Origin: Raja brachyura
Taxonomy: Eukaryota
NCBI GenBank assembly: GCA_963514005.1
Contig: OY740806.1
Span: 19,716,001-19,780,000, forward strand
Direction of reading: 5' to 3'
Length of the DNA: 64,000 bases
Made by a program: the position numbers and the translations under genes. The first letter of the stretch is position 1, and each line of letters opens with the position of its first letter. Of this stretch, positions 39,305 through 52,999 are shown piece by piece. The notes below the pieces were generated by a model, which had not been told where the DNA came from, did not search any database, and saw only the letters and a program-made list of their open reading frames with translations.

Positions 39305-40564
39305 GTATGAATGTAAGGGCTTAGCTAATCTTTCAACAGATGAAAAAAAGCATTGTTGAATGTGGGAAATTACAAATTGCTTTGATGTAATTCAGAACTC
39401 TCGCCTCCTCTCACGGTATTGTGGAATGGTATAAAGATACAGCACAGATGTTTGCCCTTCCAGCCTACCCCGTCCACACCAACCATCTTACTCTGCTAAC
39501 CCCATTTGCCTGCATTAGGCTCATATTCCTTCCTATGTTTCCCTCCCAAGTATCTGTCCAAACGCCTTTTCAAAATTGTAATTGCATCCATCTCCATTAC
39601 CTGTCCTGGCAGCTCTTCCATAGTTTCAGCACTACTGTAAAAAACTTTCCCCTCAGATCCCCCTTAAAGTTCTTACCGTAAACCTGTGCCCTCTAGTTGT
39701 GGGCTCCACTGGGTTAAATTTTCCGATTATCTATCATATCTGTGCCTCTGATAATTGTATAATTGTTATTAAGCACATGTCTCAATCTCATGTGATAATT
39801 TCAGTAATAATAAACCCAGCCTATCTAATCCCTCCATATAACAACATAGCTTCTGTGTTTGCTTTATAGCTATTACATTTTTCCTACCATATGCTGACAA
39901 GAACTCTACATACTTATTGCAATCTAACCAATATTTTAACTTTCCACTATCTGGGACGCACAAGTCAAAATTTTGATGGAACATCATTCATTTGCCAGAA
40001 CACATTTCACCTGTCCAATAATATTCAGGACAAATTAGCCTGCTTTATTGGCATGCACCAAAATGGAAACATAAACGATTCACAAATGCACTGCAATCCT
40101 CACCAAGGTTGTGTCAACACTTGACCTCATCAAACAAAAAAAAAAATGAGGGCAACAGGCCATGGTGTACACTACCACCCTGTGTTTCCATAGAACAGTG
40201 CAATACAGGAACAGGCCCTTTAGCCTGCAATGTCTGTGCCAAAAATAATGCCAAGTCCAACCCTTATCTGCCTGCACATAATCTGTATCCCTCCATATCC
40301 ATGAGTTTATTCAGAAGTCTCTTTAATGCCACTATCAACCTGCATCTATCATCATCCCTGGCAGTGTGTTCCAGGCACTTACTTCACTCTGTGTAAAAAA
40401 ACAACTTGCCCAGCACATCTCCTTTAAACATTGCCCCTCACCTTAGAGCTATGCCCTCTAGTGTTTGATATTTTAATTCTATGTCAAGCACCAACTTGAC
40501 TTGGAAATATTTCACAGTGCCTTTATCATCAAAGATTGAATTCCTGGAAATTCCTGATCATTTC

Positions 40565-41092
40565 TTGAAAGTAAGCGTGCAAGTACAGCAGGAAGTGAAG
40601 AAAGCTAATGGCATATTGGCCTTCATAACGTGAGGAGTTGAGGAGTACATGCAAAGAGGTCCGTATGCAGTTGTACATGACCCTGGTGAGACCACACCTT
40701 AAGTATTGTGTGCAGTTTTGGCCTCATTTGAGGAAGGACATATGCAAGATGCAGGAATCGTGTTCCCGATGTTGTGGGGGTCCAGAACCAGGAGCCACAG
40801 TTTAGGAATAAGGGGTAGGCCATTTAGAACTGAGATGAGGAAAATACTTTTCACCCAGTGAGTTGTGAATTTGTGGAATTCTCTGCCTCCGAAGGCAGTG
40901 GAGGCTGATTCACTAGATGTATTCAAAAGAGACTTGGATAGGGCTCTTGGGGCTAGCTGAATCAAGGGATATGGGGAGAAGGCAGGAACGGGGTACTAAT
41001 TGTGGATGATCAGCCATGACCACATTGAATGGCGGTGCTGGCTCGAAGGGCTGAAGGGCCTACTCCTGTACCTATTGTCTATGTAACTATGT
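40565..41092 (+). mobile_element. CR1 LINE 3' fragment (internally deleted)
   Basis: Similar to the other CR1 3' ends and ends in a ctatgtaactatgt tail. Confidence 0.85.
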
Positions 41093-41497
41093 AATTCCAT
41101 TCACGAGAAGGATTGAAATAATTCTAGTGTGCAGGAAAGAACTGCAGATGTTGATTTAGATCGAAGATAGACACAAAATGCTGGAGTAACTCAGTAGTGC
41201 AGGCAGCATCTCTGGTTCCTGAGGGGCAAATGGGGTGGACATTGAATAACTGTTATGTCCACTTCACATAAATAAATGATTAATATTGCAAGGCTGAATC
41301 TCTATGCACCTCATACAACTGGAATGATCAATTGCCCAACTTATCCTCTGAAAATGCCCTTGATTGAATTTGTCCTCATTAAGTTGATGATTAAATCGTA
41401 AAGAATTTGACCATAAGATTAATTTGTATCATTGACGTGCTTGAGATGTTTTGGAAAATCATTTTTGTGATTCATACAAAACTTCTATTCTTTTCAG

Positions 41498-41559
41498 GTC
41501 CGTTCTTGCTGCTACTGCCAATTGCTGTGGTCATTTGGAATTTTCCATTCCTCTTGTAG
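41498..41559 (+). CDS. Ig gene A, terminal exon: hydrophobic GPI-signal tail GPFLLLLPIAVVIWNFPFLL*
   Basis: cttctattcttttcag acceptor, phase 1. A 19-residue mostly hydrophobic run ends at TAG with no cytoplasmic tail. Confidence 0.75.
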
Positions 41560-43429
41560 AAAGGCAAATGTTGCGACAGACCGAGTTCTGAAAATCTGAT
41601 GTTCTTGAAAGATCATTTGCCATTCAAGTAATGTGCAATATAAAGAGGATATTTGCAAAACATGATCCAGCAACATTTCAATTAAAGTCATCTGAGGGAC
41701 AATCCTGAAAAGTTGCAATACTACGTACCACTTTCAGCCTGTGTGCGTGACATTTTGGGCTGTACATTGAACTGTTACATTCCTTTGCCTATTGTGATAT
41801 GAGGGCATTTCAGCAGGATGTGAATTATGATTTGTAATGCTTCTGAAGTTAAGCATCCATGACATCTTAAGGTTACAAGCCATATTCTGCAAACAGTGTT
41901 TTGACATTTTATTATGTGCCAACGAGATTGATTTATTTTTACATCAAATCATTTAATTGTCTTTTAAAATATTTTGATTTTGTGAGGCTTCAGAGGACAA
42001 TATATAAATGCAGGACTGGATATAAAAATACAAATTACAAAAACAATGGTTAGTGCCAATAGTTAGTGGTATTTGTCATTAAAAAGTCCTTCCAAGTCTC
42101 TCCAGACTGAATGCGCTATTTGGTTCAGTGAATGCCACTACAGCAAGATTTAGTTTATGGTAAACTACTTCCCGTACTTCCCCTTGAGGCAAACTTTATC
42201 TTTTGACATTTTGCTTTAAAGGATGAAACTGTAATTAGTAAAATTAATTTCATTATTTTTAACAAAGCAGGTAAAACTTAAAACTAAGATTGTTGAACTC
42301 ACACAAGTCAGAGGTGTATTGCAAGTTTGGAGAAGGGTAAGTAGGGACTTCTCTCTGCTTCAATAATGTGCTGTGATTACGGCCCTCACGTTTATCCAAT
42401 CACAACAAGGAAATTTGAGGTCCTGTATACAGATCTGTTTAACATTTATTCAAACAGTACAGAACCAAAAGAATTCAGGTCATTTCTAATTTAGAATTGA
42501 CATTATTTCCTGTCCATCATTCTATATATATGAATGAAAATATTTTTGTGAACTAAACTCGGTAATTTTTGCTCTTTGATTCAGTGTATCTATGCTAACT
42601 GTGAGAGCAAATAACTATGGTACTCTGGGAATGGGGCTGGACGAGCAAATTATGGTGATGAAACTAATCTTCTGTAAAGGTTGCTAGTTTGCTTACATCC
42701 AACAGTTGTACTGATCAAGCGAACCAAAATAATTCAGGTCATTTCTAATTTGGATCACTATCAAATCATGTGATAAAATTGAAGTGCAGATCTGACTAGT
42801 TATTTAAAATTAGAAGTTCATACAAATGAATCTGCGGTTCAACATCATATTAATAATCAACATTTTCCAAGCCCACCATTGAATCAGAGTGCCTAGTCCA
42901 ATGATCGCATTCCCAGTTGCAGCAAATGGTCGTTCTAAGCTGGGGACGGTCTATTTATACACTACACCAACAGGAAATAAGTATGAAGAAATAGTCATCT
43001 CATCTTGCTGGAGATGTGATGAATAATTTGTAATAGTTCTGACGATTTAATCTCAGATTTTAATTGTAACAGTAACAACAACATTTGTGACATCATGTTT
43101 CGTATATGTCTGTGTCTTGTGAATTGTGCACTTGTGACAGGAGAATTTAAGAATAGTTCTAATGTTGTGCTGCATGTAAAGTTCCCAGTGACAGATGCTT
43201 GGGAATATGTACATTTTTGATTTTTGGGATCTAATCACTCCTGTTGCATTCTCAACATGTAATCAATATATCTTCAGAAGCTGAACAGACTCTTGCATTA
43301 ATATTTAAAATCTGTGAAATTACATTTTTTTGTGATAAAGTTGCAGGTCAAAGTAAATTCAAAAACAGAATATATTTTGTCTGGTCCTCTGTACATCAAT
43401 CACTGTAGTGTGATCCACTACCAATAGCC

Positions 43430-44470
43430 TTGAAGACAAATACCCTGAGGACCTATTCATCACGGTTTGGGCTAGACCAGGCCGACCTCAAGAGTGTGCG
43501 ACCAAGATACTATCAGCATGTATCCTGCCCTACCAGAGGATCGAATGCCCTTGAACACAGCGACACAGCTATCAAAGACATCTATCACTCCGTCTAACTT
43601 ACACACTCTGCTCCTCCTTCCTGCATACAAGAAGAAACTGAATCAATAGGATTTGGTATAGAAAGTCGAACGGTATTTGTCTGAATAAACATGAGCTCCT
43701 ACATTACTGTTTGAGTCGGTAGACTGGTCCATGTTCAAGCGCCCGCCCCAAGTGGATACACTGGTTGTGTCGCAGGGTTCATCAATAAGTGTCTAAAGGA
43801 CTGCATGTCAAAGATGTCAATATGAGTGTTCCCCAACTGGAAACAATGGATGAACTGTGACATCCATTGCTAAGTAAGGATCAAGTCTGAGACGTTCAAG
43901 TCGGGTGATCCCGATGTGTACAATAAATCTGGATAGCACCATCATAAAGACATCAGGAATGCCAAGAGACAATTCCGGACAAACCACAAAGAGCCTGTTG
44001 ATTCTGGAAAACCTTGCATTCTATAATGGACTACATGCTGAGTCTGCCAGAATCACTAGCAATGACATTCCCCATCCAGACGAGCTCATGCATTCTATGC
44101 TCGTCTCGAACACCAGATCAATGGAATTATGTCACCCACCCCCTTGGGTGCTTATGTACCACACCCAGCTGATTGGCAGCTGGGCAGAAGATACAAATGT
44201 TTAAAAGCATGTATCACCAGATTCAGACAAAGCTTCTTCCCCAATTTTATCAGACCTCTAAGGATGAAATCCCACTCCCCCAATCTAGTTGTTGCAGCTC
44301 ATGTACTTTCTTTAATCTGCAATTTCTCTGTCGTTGTAACACAATATACACCACTCTGTTTATGTTCTCTTTTGCATTACCTGATGCATTCATGTATGGT
44401 GCGATTTGCCTAGATAGCACCAAATCAAAGATCATTACTGTACCTTGGTACACATGACATTAATAAACCA
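43430..44470 (+). mobile_element. Highly degenerate Rex1/Babar-like LINE fragments
   Basis: Recognisable residues (tgtttgagtcggtagactggtccatgttcaag; ttccccaactggaaacaatggatgaac; agcttcttcccc) and a gacattaataaacc tail. Confidence 0.5.
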
Positions 44471-45117
44471 ACATCAATGGAAATATCAATAGTACGACCG
44501 AGCCTTTTTTATTTCAGCAGAAGTTGCTGTTAACTTTGCCCTGACCAAATTATGAATGTTGCTTTTTTGCTTAAGTATTGTATTGTGTTAAGTATTGTGA
44601 TGGTTTACAAACAGATGTGCATATTTCTTTTGCCTGGCAATCAGATTGACAATCTGAATCAAAATCCACATCTGGTGAATACAAATTGTTTAAATTTCTT
44701 TCCAGATGTGGATTTTTTTTTCTCTTTCATTCGAGCCTGCAGTGCAGGGCCAAGGGCCTCTCCTACACCTATGTTCTATTAACACAAAGAGACAGACTGG
44801 TACCAAAACAAGCTTTGGTTTTGTACCAGATATAATTTTTATTCTTTCCTAATGTCTGTTCTTCAAATTTAAAATTATAAATTGGAAAATTGATATTTTA
44901 TTCTCCAGTTTATCAAAAAAGTATAATATGTATTTAAATAAATACGTAGTTTACTTATTACTGTTAAAATATGTATACAATTTGCATGTTTTGAACATCT
45001 TTGTTGATATAAACTTTTGTGCATAGAAACCTAAAAACATTTGCGAGCTAATATAAATTGTGTCAGATGATGCAGTGGTATGATTGAATGTAAATGTGTG
45101 CTATGGTTCTTAAAGTA

Positions 45118-46725
45118 CAGTGGCTTGCAAAAGTATTCATACCCCTTGAACTTTTCCACATTTTGTCACGTTACAACCACAAACGTAAATGTATTTTATT
45201 GGGATTTTATGTGATAGACCAACACAAAGTGGTGCATAATTGTGAAGTGGAAGGAAAATGATACATGGTTTTCACATTTTTTTACAAATAAAAAACTGAA
45301 AAGTGTGGCGTGCAAAAGTATTCAGCCCCCTTTACTCTGATACCCCTAAATAAAATAGAGTGCAACCAATTGCCTTCAGAAGTCACCTAATTAGTAAATA
45401 GAGTCCACTTGTGTGTAATCTAACCTCAGTATAAATACAGCTGTTCTGTGAAGATCTCAGAGGTTTGTTAGAGAACATTAGTGACCAAACAGCATCATGA
45501 GGCCCAAGAAACACGCCAGACAGGTGAGGGATAAAGTTGTGGAGAAGTTTAAAGCAGGGTTAGGTTATAAAAAAATATCCCAAGCTTTGAACATCTCACG
45601 GAGCACTGTTCAATCCATCATCCGAAAATGGAAAGAGTATGGCACAACTGCAAACCTACCAAGACATGGCCGTCCACCTAAACTGACAGGCCGGGCAAGG
45701 AGAGCATTGATCAGAGAAGCAGCCAAGATGCCCATGGTAACTCTGGAGGAGCTGCAGAGATCCACAGCTCGGGTGGGAGAATCTGTCCACAGGACAACTA
45801 TTAGTCATGTACTCAACAAATCGGGCCTTTATAATAGAGTGGCAAGAAGAAAGCCATTGTTGAAACAAAGCCATAAGAAGTCCCGTTTGCAGTTTGCCAC
45901 AAGCCATTTGGGGGACACAGCAAACATGTGGAGGAAGGTGCTCTGGTCTGATGAGACCAAAATTGAAGTTTTTGGCCTAAATGCAAGACGCTATGTGTGG
46001 TGGAAAACTAACACTGCACATCACCCTGAACACACCATCCCCACTGTAAAACATGGTGGTGGCAGCATCATGCTGTGGGGATGATTTTCTTCAGCAGGGA
46101 CAGGGAAGCTGGTCAGAGTTGATGGGAAGATGGATGGAGCCAAATACAGGGCAATCTTGGAAGATAACCTGTTAGAGTCTGCAAAAGACTTGAAACTGGG
46201 GCGGAGGTTCACCTTAGGACAACGACCCTAAACATACAGCCAGAACTACAATGGAATGGTTTAGATCAAAGCATTTTCATGTGTTAGAATGGCCCAGTCA
46301 AAGTCCAGACCTAAATCCAATTGAGAATCTCTGGCAAGGCTTGCAAATTGCTGTTCACAGATGCTCTCCATCCAATCTGACTGAGCTTGAGCTATTTTGC
46401 AAAGAAGAATGGGCAAAAATGTCAGTCTCTAGATGTGTAAAGCAGGTAGAGACATACCCCAAAAGACATGCAGCTGTAATTGCAGCGAAAGGTGGTTCTA
46501 CAAAGTATTGACTGGGGGGCTGAATACTTTTGCACACCACACTTTTCAGATTTTTATTTGTAATAAAGTTTGGAAATCATGTATAATTTTCCTTCCACTT
46601 CACAATTATGCACCACTTTGTGTTGGTCTATCATATAATCCCAATAAAATATATTTACGTTTGTGGTTGTAACGTGACAAAATGTGGAAAAGTTCAAGGG
46701 GTATGAATACTTTTGCAAGCCACTG
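45118..46725 (+). mobile_element. Full-length Tc1 (DD34E, IR/DR-type) DNA transposon, 1608 bp
   Basis: TA|CAGTGGCTTGCAAAAGTATTCATACCCCTTG...CAAGGGGTATGAATACTTTTGCAAGCCACTG|TA, with TIRs of about 210 bp containing internal direct repeats. Confidence 0.97.
45497..46511 (+). pseudogene. Tc1 transposase, inactivated by a nonsense codon at 46082-46084 and a small deletion near 46215
   Basis: Paired-like HTH, GRPPKL, WSDETK, KHGGGSIMLWG*, (Q)DNDPKH and [15 protein letters not shown]. Confidence 0.93.
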
Positions 46726-48841
46726 TATTTTAGCTCCCAGCCTTTCCCAGCCTGGAGTTAATTGTTTTTCTTTTTGACCATACATAACACTGCTGTCATC
46801 TTCAACTTTGAAAAACCTGCTGAAGTAAATATGAAGTTGTAGAATTTCTGCTTATATAGACTTAGTGCAGTTTTCCTATGAAGCCTTTTAAATTTGCACA
46901 TAAGATCACAAAAGTAAAATATAACTGATACTGAAAAGATGACTTAATAGTAAAAAATTTGCCGGAGTTTGGACAATGCCTATGGAGAGAGGACCTGAGT
47001 CGACATTTCATCTTTTTTTTTTACCTGTAAATGTTTTTGACCTAAGAATGGACTGTGTGATTTACATTCTATGCACGGTATTTTGCTTTTAATTAATGGA
47101 TAATTTGTACACTTGGGGACAATTTGGTATTTAAAATGCTTGCAAAGTAGGCCAGGAGTAAACTTTCCATTAAAAGATCAGTGCTAACTGGGTCTCGCCA
47201 CCATGTTGGAATCCATGGCTAACCAGAGAACTTATATAGATACTGAACGTAGCCCACAAGTTTAGTACATTTCTTGCTATTCCTACAGTTTCACATCTGC
47301 TAAATTTCTACTTTCAATCTAAAATTGGAACACGTTATGTGATAACATCTTACCTTCTTTGGTCTGAATTGAGTAGCTCTTTAATTTCTCTGAAGAAGGG
47401 TTCTAACCCTAAACGTCACCTATTCCTTTTCTCCAATGATGCTGCCAGACCCAGCATTTTGTTACTCCAGCATTTTGTCTCTATCTTCGGTACAAACTAA
47501 CATCTACAGTTCCTTCGACATGGTTTATCTTCTAATCCTTGCCAATTTCAATTAAGAATCGTGAATGATAAAGGAATTAATAATAATAATTAACTTTTGA
47601 ATTAGATGGTGATTAATGTCACATGCAAAAGATATTTAGGCTATTAATTCAATTATGTGTAATGTTGATGCATTAAATGCAGTCCTATGTACTCTTTGTA
47701 AAACAACAGTTTACAGTTGGTATTTCAATACCAGGAAATGAGATGGAATTATTAGTGTGCTGTTTTGGGTATTATGCGTAGTACTTAGGCCAAATATGGT
47801 GCCCCAAAGAAATGCAATTGGTAATGCCTTTTAAGAACTTGTAATTTATGATTTGCACTCATTCATGTTGATAAACTCAATCTGAATCCTTTGGAGTTTA
47901 GAACTGGCACCCCATCCATTCTCCACAATCCCTCCAATTCCCTCTCATCTCTGTTGTAGTGACAGTCATCACTAAAGAGATCTCTCCACAAGGACTGTGA
48001 CTGCCATGGAGGTGATAGAGAAATGTTTGAGGTTATGGAAAATGAGATTGGCAGAATCTTGAATATGGAAGGTTCATTGATTTCCCAACTATGGAGTGGG
48101 GAAATTGGTGTCTATCTTCATAGTGGCCCCGACTACCTGAGCTCAATGGCAGTACTAAGTCCAGAGATTATAGCTCTATCATTGTTACCAGTTCATAGAC
48201 CTCTCAATCTCTTATAGATGACCTGTAAGTCACATTATTCCATGGACAGTTGACTTTTGCATCATGATATATTCCTCATTTTGTTGTGTATTCTTTACAA
48301 AGATTGTAAGTTATGACCAGAAATGATTTCACGAGTGAGATACATGATCGATGCATGACAGAATATGCTAGTAAATCATGACAGAACGTGCTAGTGGAAT
48401 GATCCTCAAGAGGAAATGAGAGCAATCTAAAAGAGGCTCAAAATGTTTCAAGTGCATCTTGTTTATTGAAAAGAAAGGCAAAAAAGGTTGAATTCCCAGG
48501 AACATGTGTTGGATAGTCAGTGGAAAGTGAATTTAGTGGGGTGGGGTGGAGGGTGTGAGGGGGGGGTCAGTGTTCAGTGGTGACGCATGTCACTAAAGCA
48601 GCCATATCTGAGCCATTGAACTGATTGGCGTGCTGGATGTTTTCAGAAAGCAATTAACCATATAACCATATAACAATTACAGCACAGAAACAGGCCTTCT
48701 CGGCCCTTCCAGTCCGTGCCAACCATTTATTTTCCCCTAATTAATATTGAATCATATTGCTATGGGTTGGGAGCTCTATTGGCCAGACGGGATTTCCTCC
48801 TCTAAAAGACATTAATTAAAGTTATTTTATTTTCTTATACA

Positions 48842-49120
48842 GCAGTGGCGTAACGGTGCCAACTCTACAGCGTTACAGCGCCAGAGTCCCACGTTTGATC
48901 TTGACGGCGGGTGTTGTCTGTGCGGAGTTTGTAGGTTCTCCCTGTGACCGTGTGAGTTTTCTCCAGGTGCTCATGTTTCCTCCTAGTGCCAAAGACATGT
49001 AGGTTTGTAGCTTAATTGGCTTCAGTAAAATTGTAAATTGTCCCTAGTATGTAAAATAGTGTTAGGGTATGGGGTGGACTCAGTGGGCTGAAGAGCCTAT
49101 TTTCACATTGGATATCTAAA
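48842..49120 (+). mobile_element. V-SINE (HE1-like), degenerate
   Basis: V-core GGAGTTTGTAGGTTCTCCCTGTGACCGTGTGAGTTTTCTCC. Confidence 0.75.
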
Positions 49121-49280
49121 GTCGGACAATTTGCTTAAGGCTATTGGAAAGCAAAAAGAAAAATGGCAAGACGGCTGCCAATTTGAAACGAAGGTCATCC
49201 ATATAATCTGAGAACTAAAAGGTTTGCACAGCTGCAAGGGAAAATTTTTCATATCACAGCATGGAGCGATTACCAGCAAT

Positions 49281-50448
49281 TTGGACCCTTGAAGACCGAA
49301 AAAGGTGAATTTATTATAGGGAACAAGGAAATGGCAGATGAGTTGAACAGGTACTTTGGATCTGTCTTCACTAAGGAGGACACAAACAATCTTCCTGATA
49401 TAGTAGTGGCCAGAGGATCTGGGGTGACAGAGGAACTGAAGGAAATCCGCATTAGGCAGGAAATGGTGTTGGATAGACTGATGGGACTGAAGGCTGGTAA
49501 ATCCCCAGGGCCTGATGGTCTGCATCCCAGGGTACATAAGGAAGTGGCTCTAGAAATTGTGGATGCATTGGTGATAATTTTCCAATGTACCATATACTCA
49601 GGATTAGTTCCTGTGGATTGGAGGGTAGCTAATGTTATCCCACTTTTTTAAAAAGGTGGAAGAGAGAAAACAGGCAATTATAGACCAGTTAGCCTGACAT
49701 CGGTGGTGGGGAAGATGCTGGTGTCAATTATAAAAGATGAGATAGCCGCTCATTTGGATAGCAGTAACAGGATCGGTCTGAGTCAGCATGGGTTTACGAA
49801 GGGGACAACATGCTTGACTAATCTTCTGGAATTTTTTGAAGATGTAACTAGGAAAATGGACAAGGGAGAGCCAGTGCATTTAGTATACCTGGACTTTCAG
49901 AAAGCATTTGATAAGGTCCCACATAGGAGATTAGTGGGCAAAATTAGGGCACATGGTATTGGGGGTAGAGTGCTGGCATGGATAAAGAAGTGGTTGGCAG
50001 ATTGGAAACAAAGAGTAGGGATTAACGGGTCCCTTTCAGAATGGCAGGCAGTGACTAGTGGGGTACCGCAAGGCTCAGTGTTGGGACTGCAGCTATTTAC
50101 AATATACATCAATGATTTGGATGAAGGGATTCAAAGTAACATTAGCAAATTTGCAGATGACACAAAGCTGGGTGGCAGTGTGAACTATGAGGAGGATGCT
50201 ATGAGAATGCAGGGTGACTTGGACAGGTTGGGGGAGTGAGCAGATGCATGGTAGATGAAGTTTAATCCAGATAAATGTGATGTTATCCAATTTGATAGCA
50301 AAAACAGGAAGGCAGATTACTATCTACATGGGGTCAAGTTGGGAAAAGGGGAAGTACAACGGGATCTGGGGGCCCTTGTACATCAGTCTGTGAAAGTAAG
50401 CATGCAGGTGCAGCAGGCAGTGAACAAAGCGAATGGCATGTTGGCCTT
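49281..50448 (+). mobile_element. CR1 LINE ORF2 RT fragment, followed by an inverted CR1 tail (about 50455-50535)
   Basis: [39 protein letters not shown] and KFADDTKL, with stops. Confidence 0.93.
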
Positions 50449-51099
50449 TAGAATCATAGAAAATCATAGAATCATAGAAAATCGGTGCAGGAGGAGGCCA
50501 TTCGGCCCTTCGAGCCTGCACCACCATTCAATATGCAAGTAGTCTTGGGTTCACTCCATTACCATAAAGTCATGAAAGGGTGATGTGGCTGAAGAAGGGT
50601 GTCGACCTGAAATGTCACCTATCCATGTTCTCCAGAGATGCTGCCTCACCTGTTGCGTTACTCCAGCTCTTTGTGTCCTTTAGTGTATTAACCTGCATCT
50701 GCAGTTCCTTGTTTCTACACCTTATTCCAAGTTAGCATTCAAGGCAGTATCATAGTAAATTAGATTCCACAATTAAAGAAATGCTTAATTTAACATTGCA
50801 TGCATGATGTGGAATGTATCATGCTGAAACAAACCATTTAAGCCAACAGCGGCAATGTCACGGTCCCCACAAATCATCTCCGTCGCTAACACTTTCTCAC
50901 TCCACAGATGTTTCCTCAACAACTGGCGGTTCTGCCATTTTCTCTTGTTATTTTAGAGTTCCAGTGCCGTTTTTTTAAATTATCAGGATGTTGGTAAATA
51001 TTGGCTATTTTATTAGGGAATTAAAAGGAAACAATGACATTTTGACATTTTGTATTTTGTGAGAGTTTGTTTCATATTTTCATAATTATTTAATTCCTT

Positions 51100-51510
51100 A
51101 TTGACAGACTCCGTGCAGATGATTAACAGCACCTCCTCCTCACTGACCTTCAACATAAGGGCACAAGGCTGTGTGCTTGGCCCTCTGCTCTACTCTCTTT
51201 TCTCCCATGATTGTGTGGCCAAGCACAGCTCCAATGCTATCTACAAATTTGCTGTTGACCCTCACTGCTGTTGGCTAAATCCCAAGTAGCTGACAAGTCA
51301 GAATGCAGGAGATAGAACATGTCGTTGAGTGGTGCTGCAACGACAACCTATTGCTCAACGTCAACCAAAAGAATAAACTAATCCTTGACTTCAGAAAAGG
51401 GAAGTTGAGAGCCTGTTTTCATTGCCAGTTCAGCAACAGAGAGTTAACAGCCTCACATTCCTGGATATTAAAGTCTTGGATGATCTGTCATAGGCCTAGC
51501 ACATGGATAC
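51100..51510 (+). mobile_element. Rex1/Babar-like LINE RT fragment
   Basis: QGCVLGPLLYSLFSHDC..IYKFA and EWCCNDNLLLNV. Confidence 0.7.
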
Positions 51511-52999
51511 ATTCAGTAAATGATGCACATGGATTTCTTCCATGAATGATCCTTGCCATTCAGTCAGGGAACTCCAGCAGGAAGATTGTGGTTTTGTAGT
51601 CTTCACTGAGCCGGAGGATACAATAGAAAATGAATTGCAGGAAGCCGTAGCCCGAGAAAATACTTTTAACTTCATATATTTCCCAAGAGGGGATAACCAA
51701 GGTTCTTATTTGACACTTGGAACATCTCTTTCACATTTGGTTCTATTCAGGGTTGTCAGTTCTAACAGACTTCAATTCATGGAAGTGTTTTGTGGATTTT
51801 TATGTTACTCAGTCACACTCTGATCATTGACTCATTCTTGTCCTCAGACAATTTTCCCAAATCAGAATCATGGCTTGTGAAATCATTGCTTTCTTCATCA
51901 ATACCTTTTGTAAGACATTTATGATATTGAGGGAAAATGTAGTTCTGTTTAGTACCATTGTGGATTTTCTGATGAGCTATTCACTGAATTTCATGAAGGC
52001 TTTTCTTTAAATCAAAGATGACGAGAAAGGTTGACAGTCCAAACAGCATCTGATATTGCTGGATAACTACTTTACCTGACTGTGGCAGTAATTAAAAATA
52101 CTGAACGAGCGCACACTAAGTGACATCTTGTGAACATGTCTAAACTTCCAATTCTCTAACAAATGAAGAGATGTGCTTTATTTATACCAAATTATTATAA
52201 CATGCAGAGCAACATTTCTGACAGTGCGTTCTCTGGAGAGGTAAACTCTCCTGTGAGCTGTACACTAAAACAATGCTTCAGCAGAGTTACTCATATGCGT
52301 TAATTTCAAAAGAGGTACACACTCAAAATTCCATGTTACAGGTAATGTTCCATTGATGTAGATGCTGGTAAGTTAAACTCAAATCTAATATTGTTTTCAG
52401 TGAGTTTAATGGTTTCTAAAACAATGCACATTTATGATAAGGTAGACAAAAATGCTGGATAAACTCAGCGGGTGAGGCAGCATCTATGGAGTGTGGGAAA
52501 TAGGCAACATTTCAGGTCGAGACCCTTTGGAAGGGTCTCGACCAGAAACGTTGCCTATTTCTTTTGAATGCAAAGGAAGCTTGTTAGCCTTTGTAAACAC
52601 TTCCAGCCAATGCAAGATATACCTTATGGAACTATCTTAGTGAGAAGGAGTAGGGGGTCGGAGAGATCAGGAAAATGGTCAAACAATTATACCAAATGTC
52701 AATTTCAGATATCAACGTCTAAATGTCTGAACGTCTGTTGCAAGTACTTTTTAGCCAATCTGTGGAAATAATTTCAAACACATGTCACCTCATTTAGATC
52801 CATCACCTATTGGGACTTTATTGGCTCTTGATATAAAGTTTAAAAATAAAAAATAAAGCTATCCACGAAGAATAAGCCATCTCTTTATTACCTTTCAGCT
52901 GAGAGCACAAGCTCATGAGAAAATTTTTTATTTGTAGGGGACCAAAAGATTGAGGAATGGAAAAGTTACATTTACCAAAGAAAAGAAAATCCACTTGTT

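Noticed and set aside
26504-41559. Naming gene A THY1, CD48 or CD58, and gene B NECTIN, CADM, SIRP or NCR3LG1
   Set aside because: The match is architectural only and no diagnostic sequence was recognised (for example, no nectin EWYV or CADM EYFI end). Gene symbols were withheld.
41512-41922. Two consecutive same-frame minus-strand ORFs antisense to the last exon of gene A
   Set aside because: There is no splice acceptor and no recognisable motif. It is best explained as 3'UTR of gene A.
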